A program made the translations under genes and the position numbers. A stretch of DNA of 64,000 nucleotides, from NCBI GenBank assembly GCA_963664815.2, contig CAXXHB010000003.1, forward strand, positions 3,808,001 through 3,872,000, given 5' to 3'. Shown here piece by piece: positions 58,442 to 64,000 of this stretch (the stretch's first letter is position 1; the number at the start of each line of letters is the position of its first letter). This DNA is from Spirochaetota bacterium. GTDB taxonomy: Bacteria; Spirochaetota; UBA4802; UBA5550. A model generated the notes under the pieces. It ran no database searches, was not told the DNA's origin, and saw only the letters and a list, made by a program, of their open reading frames with translations.

Positions 58442-58969
58442 ATGAGTATAATAAAAAAGAAATGCCTGGTTGCATATTATTCCCGCAGGGGACAAAACTA
58501 CGTCAATGGAAGTATAAAAGATCTGAAGGTGGGGAATACAGAGGTAGTTGCAGGAATGATACAGAAAATAACCGGAAGTAAAATGTTTCATATAGAGTCA
58601 GTTAAGGCTTACCCTGAAGACTATACAGAAACTACAAACGTGGCAAAGGAAGAACTCCGATCCAATGCCAGGCCTGAACTTTCCGGTCATGTTGAAAATA
58701 TGAATGAATACGATGTGATATTTTTAGGATACCCTAACTGGTGGGGGACTATGCCGATGCCTGTGTTTACATTTCTGGAGAATCATGATTTTTCCGGAAA
58801 AACCATTGTCCCCTTTTGTACTCATGAAGGGAGCGGACTGGGCCGCAGTGAACAGGATATTAAAAAATTATGCCCTAAGGCTGCAGTCCTGAATGGGTTT
58901 GCTATCCGCGGAGGGAGTGCAGGATCTGCAGATAAAATTGTTTCTGAGTGGATAGAGAAGCTGAGCTGA
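58442..58969 (+). CDS. Flavodoxin
   Basis: VAYYSRRGQNY...GNT, LGYPNWWG, PFCTHEGSG. Confidence 0.9.
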   Translation: MSIIKKKCLVAYYSRRGQNYVNGSIKDLKVGNTEVVAGMIQKITGSKMFHIESVKAYPEDYTETTNVAKEELRSNARPELSGHVENMNEYDVIFLGYPNWWGTMPMPVFTFLENHDFSGKTIVPFCTHEGSGLGRSEQDIKKLCPKAAVLNGFAIRGGSAGSADKIVSEWIEKLS

Positions 58970-60067
<1,098 letters not shown>

Positions 60068-60094
60068 TACTTCAATAATGATGGAGAATAAATT

Positions 60095-60520
60095 ATGAAT
60101 GAATCAGAAAAATTAAGTGAAAGCGTAATATTTCCAAAAGGGGAAAAACTGCCTGAACAGTTCAGCAGAAATTTTACAGGTACCGCATATCTCAGTATGA
60201 TTGTACCCCGTGATGATGAATTTAACTGCCCAATTGGCAATGTAACATTTGAACCTGGCTGCAGAAATAACTGGCACAGGCATCCGGGCGGGCAGATCCT
60301 GCTGGTAACAGGCGGGCGCGGTTATTACCAGCAGGAGGGAAAACCGGCACGTGAACTTCATCCGGGTGATGTGGTAAAGATCTCTTCAAATGTGAAGCAC
60401 TGGCACGGCGCGGCGCATGACAGCTGGTTTGTTCATCTTTCCATTGAGACGAATGTAAAGGCAGGGTCACCGGAATGGCTTGAACCTGTAACAGACGAAG
60501 AATACAGGAAATTAAAATAA
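60095..60520 (+). CDS. Cupin-domain protein
   Basis: VTFEPGCRNNWHRHPGGQIL, KHWHGA, WLEPV. Confidence 0.9.
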   Translation: MNESEKLSESVIFPKGEKLPEQFSRNFTGTAYLSMIVPRDDEFNCPIGNVTFEPGCRNNWHRHPGGQILLVTGGRGYYQQEGKPARELHPGDVVKISSNVKHWHGAAHDSWFVHLSIETNVKAGSPEWLEPVTDEEYRKLK

Positions 60521-60533
60521 CAAGGTAAATTAA

Positions 60534-61073
60534 ATGAGTAAAAAAGTATTAGTATTATCAACCAGCCCAAGAAGAGGGGGCAACTCAGATCTCCTTTGTG
60601 ACCGGTTTATATCCGGGTCGCAGGAGGCTGGACACCACGCAGAGAAGATATTTGTTAAAGATAAAGAGATAAAATACTGCACAGGCTGCGGCTTATGCAT
60701 AAATGGGGAAAAAGCCTGCCCTCTTAAAGATGACATGCCAGAGATACTGGAGAAGATGATCGCTGCTGATGTTATCGTTATGGCTACACCTGTTTACTTC
60801 TATACCATGTGTGCACAGATGAAAACTCTGATAGACAGAACCTGTTCCCGTTATACTGAAATGATAAACAAGGAATTCTATTTTATTATCACCGCAGCTG
60901 ACACAGACAGGGATGCAATGGAGAGGACAATTGAGGGAATCAGGGGATTCACAACGCTTCTTAAAGATTCAGTGGAGAAAGGGACTATCTACGGGACCGG
61001 CGCATGGAATATCGGAGATATCAAGGGTAAACCTGCAATGAAAGAAGCCTATGATGCAGGTTTTAAAATCTGA
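60534..61073 (+). CDS. Flavodoxin-family NADPH-dependent FMN reductase / iron-sulfur flavoprotein
   Basis: SPRRGGNS, CTGCGLC...C, ATPVYF, KTLIDR. Confidence 0.9.
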   Translation: MSKKVLVLSTSPRRGGNSDLLCDRFISGSQEAGHHAEKIFVKDKEIKYCTGCGLCINGEKACPLKDDMPEILEKMIAADVIVMATPVYFYTMCAQMKTLIDRTCSRYTEMINKEFYFIITAADTDRDAMERTIEGIRGFTTLLKDSVEKGTIYGTGAWNIGDIKGKPAMKEAYDAGFKI

Positions 61074-61185
61074 TCCAGGAGGAACCATGAGGACTTTTCC
61101 CGATTGCTGTCATATATGGGATACCACGGAACACTATTTAATTTTAGTCCATTAATTTAAGAAATTATCTACCTGGAAGGTTATT

Positions 61186-62013
61186 ATGAGAAGTATTACG
61201 GTATTAATAGGATCAGGGTCAATAGGGGTCGCAATTGCAAGGAGAGTGAGTGCCGGAAAACATATTCTGCTCGCTGATTTACGGCAGGAAAATGCGGACG
61301 CAGCAGCTGAAGTTCTGAGTAATGCGGGATTTGAGGTCAGCACTGCCGCCATGGATGTATCCTCACGCAAAGCGGTAGAGGATCTGGCCGAAAAGGCTGC
61401 CGGCCTTGGCGACGTGACCGGGGTTATTCACGCTGCCGGTGTATCGCCATCGCAGGCTCCGGTAGCTGCAATTCTGAAAGTTGATATCTATGGTACGGCC
61501 CTCGTACTTGAGGTATTCGGAAACGTAATTGCACGCGGCGGCTCCGGTGTAGTAATTGCATCCCAGTCCGGGCATAGACTGGGTGCTCTCACAGATGAGC
61601 AGAATAAGCTTTTAGCGACAACTCCCGCCGATCAGCTTTTAGCTCTTCCGATGCTCCAGCCGGACCAGGTGAAGGATACTTTGCACGCCTATCAACTCTC
61701 AAAACGCGGAAACGCTTTACGGGTGATGGCAGAAGCTGTCAGGTGGGGCAAGCGGGGCGCCAGGGTAAATACAATCAGTCCGGGCATTATTATCACACCT
61801 CTCGCGAAAGATGAACTGACAGGTCCCCGCGGAGAAGGTTACCGCCGTATGATTGAGAGCTGTCCTGTAGGGAGAGCTGGTACTTCTGACGAGGTTGCAA
61901 ATGTTGCTGCGCTTCTTATGGGGCCTGATGGCGCATTTATCACAGGCAGTGACTTTTTAATGGATGGCGGTGTTACTTCTTCGTTCTTCTTCGGAGAGCT
62001 TGCCCCGAAATAA
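61186..62013 (+). CDS. SDR-family oxidoreductase
   Basis: GSGSIG, HAAGVS, YQLSK (YxxxK), NTISPG, TGSDFLMDGG. Confidence 0.9.
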   Translation: MRSITVLIGSGSIGVAIARRVSAGKHILLADLRQENADAAAEVLSNAGFEVSTAAMDVSSRKAVEDLAEKAAGLGDVTGVIHAAGVSPSQAPVAAILKVDIYGTALVLEVFGNVIARGGSGVVIASQSGHRLGALTDEQNKLLATTPADQLLALPMLQPDQVKDTLHAYQLSKRGNALRVMAEAVRWGKRGARVNTISPGIIITPLAKDELTGPRGEGYRRMIESCPVGRAGTSDEVANVAALLMGPDGAFITGSDFLMDGGVTSSFFFGELAPK

Positions 62014-62059
62014 GCAGACAGTTTTGCCATGTCTTCCGGAGATCTTTAGCGCCATGCCA

Positions 62060-63040
62060 TTAAATCTTTGCTGTTGTTCCCGGCACTGCCGGTATACCGA
62101 ATGACAGCATGATTTCCACAATCCTTTTTATATTTTTTTCCCATTCACTCCTTTCCGGCGGATTAAAGTAATGCATAGGATATTCCCGGTCAAGCGATGT
62201 ATACTTTTCAACACCCAGCTGCCGGTACGGCAGCAGCTGTAACTGCATCACACGGTTGCCAAGCTTTCCGGCTATAAACTGAGCCGTATCGTTTATATTT
62301 TTATCTCCGTCATTATGACCGGCCACCACCGGCATCCGGATGATGAGGGGCTTGTTCAGGTCGGCAATTTTCATTATATTTTCCAGTATAAGTTCATTCC
62401 CTGTTCCGGTATATTCCCTGTGTTTTACGGGATCCATATGTTTTAAATCAGTTATAATCAGATCAGCGAATGGAAGTACCCGGTTTAAAATTTCAGTCTT
62501 TACATTCAGCGAACTCTCGATACAGGTGTGAATACCATTATGTATGCACTCTTTCAATAATTCAATCGTGAATTGCCACTGAACCAAAGGCTCTCCGCCC
62601 GAGATGGTTACCCCCCCTCCGGATTTATTATAAAAATTCAGGTCTGATAATATAACCGCCATGATGTCGCCTATTGTCATCTTTTTACCCCAGACAATGA
62701 GTGCGCCGGATGGACAAACATCGGCACAGTTAAGACAGCCATCGCAGATATCCCGGTCAATTCCGGCTACATTATCACCCCGGATTATAAACGCACCATT
62801 CCCCGATTCAGGACACGCCTTAAGACAGTACCCGCATTTGCTTACACCGATACAGCGTGAGGAGTAGACTCCAATCTCGGGATACAATAACATGCTTTCA
62901 GGGTTGCTGCACCACCGGCACCGGAGCGGACATCCCTTCAGAAATATTTCTGTCCTTATTCCCGGTCCGTCATGAATTGTATACCGCTGTATGTTTAATA
63001 CCAGCCCTTCCCTGTGAGCAATTTTTTCTTCAGAATTCAT
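62060..63040 (-). CDS. Glycyl-radical enzyme activating enzyme with ferredoxin insert
   Basis: [22 protein letters not shown], two extra Cys clusters, [10 protein letters not shown]. Confidence 0.92.
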   Translation of the reverse strand: MNSEEKIAHREGLVLNIQRYTIHDGPGIRTEIFLKGCPLRCRWCSNPESMLLYPEIGVYSSRCIGVSKCGYCLKACPESGNGAFIIRGDNVAGIDRDICDGCLNCADVCPSGALIVWGKKMTIGDIMAVILSDLNFYNKSGGGVTISGGEPLVQWQFTIELLKECIHNGIHTCIESSLNVKTEILNRVLPFADLIITDLKHMDPVKHREYTGTGNELILENIMKIADLNKPLIIRMPVVAGHNDGDKNINDTAQFIAGKLGNRVMQLQLLPYRQLGVEKYTSLDREYPMHYFNPPERSEWEKNIKRIVEIMLSFGIPAVPGTTAKI

Positions 63041-63131
63041 AAATAGTAATCAGCCATTCCTGTGCCAGCGCTCAGTTTTCACTAAAACTCCGCCTGAAAA
63101 ATATCCAGCCGGAATCTTTTCCCTCAGCTTA

Positions 63132-64000
63132 TCAGTCAAAAGAGAGCTCAGTCCTCCCGATTATATCATATTGCAGCGGTTTACTCAGTTCCACAAAGAC
63201 AGCACTGTATCCCGCAACACGTACTACGAGATCCCGGTAGTTGTCAGGATGTTTCATAGCATCCTCAAGGGTCTCCCGGCTTATTACGTTGAACTGGCAG
63301 TGCATCCCCTTCCGGTCAAAATATGAGTCAATCAGCGAAATGAAATTATCCCTTCCGGCCTCTCCCGATACAGCGGAGGGTGAGAATTTCATGTTGAGAA
63401 GCGTCCCGTTCCCTGCCCGTATATGATCCAGTTTTGCAACCGAATTAACCATTGCAGTAGGACCGTTTACATCATGCGCCCTGACCTGTGTATGGACTGC
63501 GCCCACGCAGTCTGAAACCGGCTCAAGGGCTTTTCTTCCTTCAGGGGATGCCCACTGCACCAGACCGATAGCGATATTTGCTGAAACCGAATAGACTCCC
63601 GGCAGATATTTCCCGCCACGCGAATTGGGCCTGTTTTCCACATGTTTGCAGTATGTATCAGCTGCGAATTTTGCCAGACTGTCCGCATAATCATCATCGT
63701 TACCATAATGATGAATTTTATCGCTGTTTACCAGCGCATAGAGAGGCTCATAGCCTGCCCAGTTTTTTTCGCATGCGTCGAGAATATCTTTGCCGCTTAC
63801 CTTCTTTTCCTCGAAAACAAGCTGTTTGATGGTTGACATTCCGTCCGCGACGGTCCCCACCCCCACAGCCTGCGGCCCTGTAAAGTTATAGACCGCTCCG
63901 CCTGCCGACACATCAATGCCACGTTCGATGCAATCGTCTATAAGCGCCGAGAGATATGGAAGCGGTTTCATCTCCTGATGAACCCTGTCCATAATTTCGA
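63132..64000 (-). CDS. Glycyl-radical enzyme (PFL superfamily), C-terminal part; runs off the window
   Basis: YGNDD, GPTA, NGTLLN, QFNV, LVVRVAGYS glycyl loop. Confidence 0.9.
   Translation of the reverse strand, partial: EIMDRVHQEMKPLPYLSALIDDCIERGIDVSAGGAVYNFTGPQAVGVGTVADGMSTIKQLVFEEKKVSGKDILDACEKNWAGYEPLYALVNSDKIHHYGNDDDYADSLAKFAADTYCKHVENRPNSRGGKYLPGVYSVSANIAIGLVQWASPEGRKALEPVSDCVGAVHTQVRAHDVNGPTAMVNSVAKLDHIRAGNGTLLNMKFSPSAVSGEAGRDNFISLIDSYFDRKGMHCQFNVISRETLEDAMKHPDNYRDLVVRVAGYSAVFVELSKPLQYDIIGRTELSFD

Noticed and set aside
61533-61546. acgcggcggctcc matches the start of the VR; possible DGR template repeat
   Set aside because: The match is only ~13 nt, lies inside the SDR coding sequence (ARGGSG) and is not followed by AAY-rich TR sequence

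Overview
AT-rich bacterial chromosomal window. The short EF-Ts, spirochaete-style surface proteins and many partner-switching modules suggest an anaerobic Spirochaetota/Leptospirales-like lineage (inference). Core content: the rpsB-tsf-pyrH-frr-uppS-cdsA-dxr-rseP cluster, cls, plsB, an atypical pgk, tRNA-Pro(CGG), a CIRCE-controlled triple Hsp20 operon, and several signalling proteins. Highlights: (1) a Tat-exported DUF362 protein directly upstream of larE-larB-larC with no larA in the window. It carries the His-x9-Lys...His motif that binds the nickel-pincer (NPN) cofactor in LarA, so it is a candidate new, exported NPN enzyme. It heads a redox gene cluster whose promoters share 21-bp-periodic AraC-type boxes. 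(2) A decayed diversity-generating retroelement: an FGE/C-type-lectin target with a VR-like 3' end, followed by a truncated, frameshifted DGR reverse transcriptase; no TR or avd in the window. (3) Two copies of a ~120-bp palindromic MITE with 9-bp target-site duplications. (4) An archaeal-type sulfide-dependent homocysteine synthesis cluster (DUF39/UPF0280/NIL-ferredoxin). (5) An orphan vapB next to a basic protein with permuted HMG-box-like motifs. The window ends inside a glycyl-radical enzyme gene. All calls come from reading motifs by eye; no searches were run.
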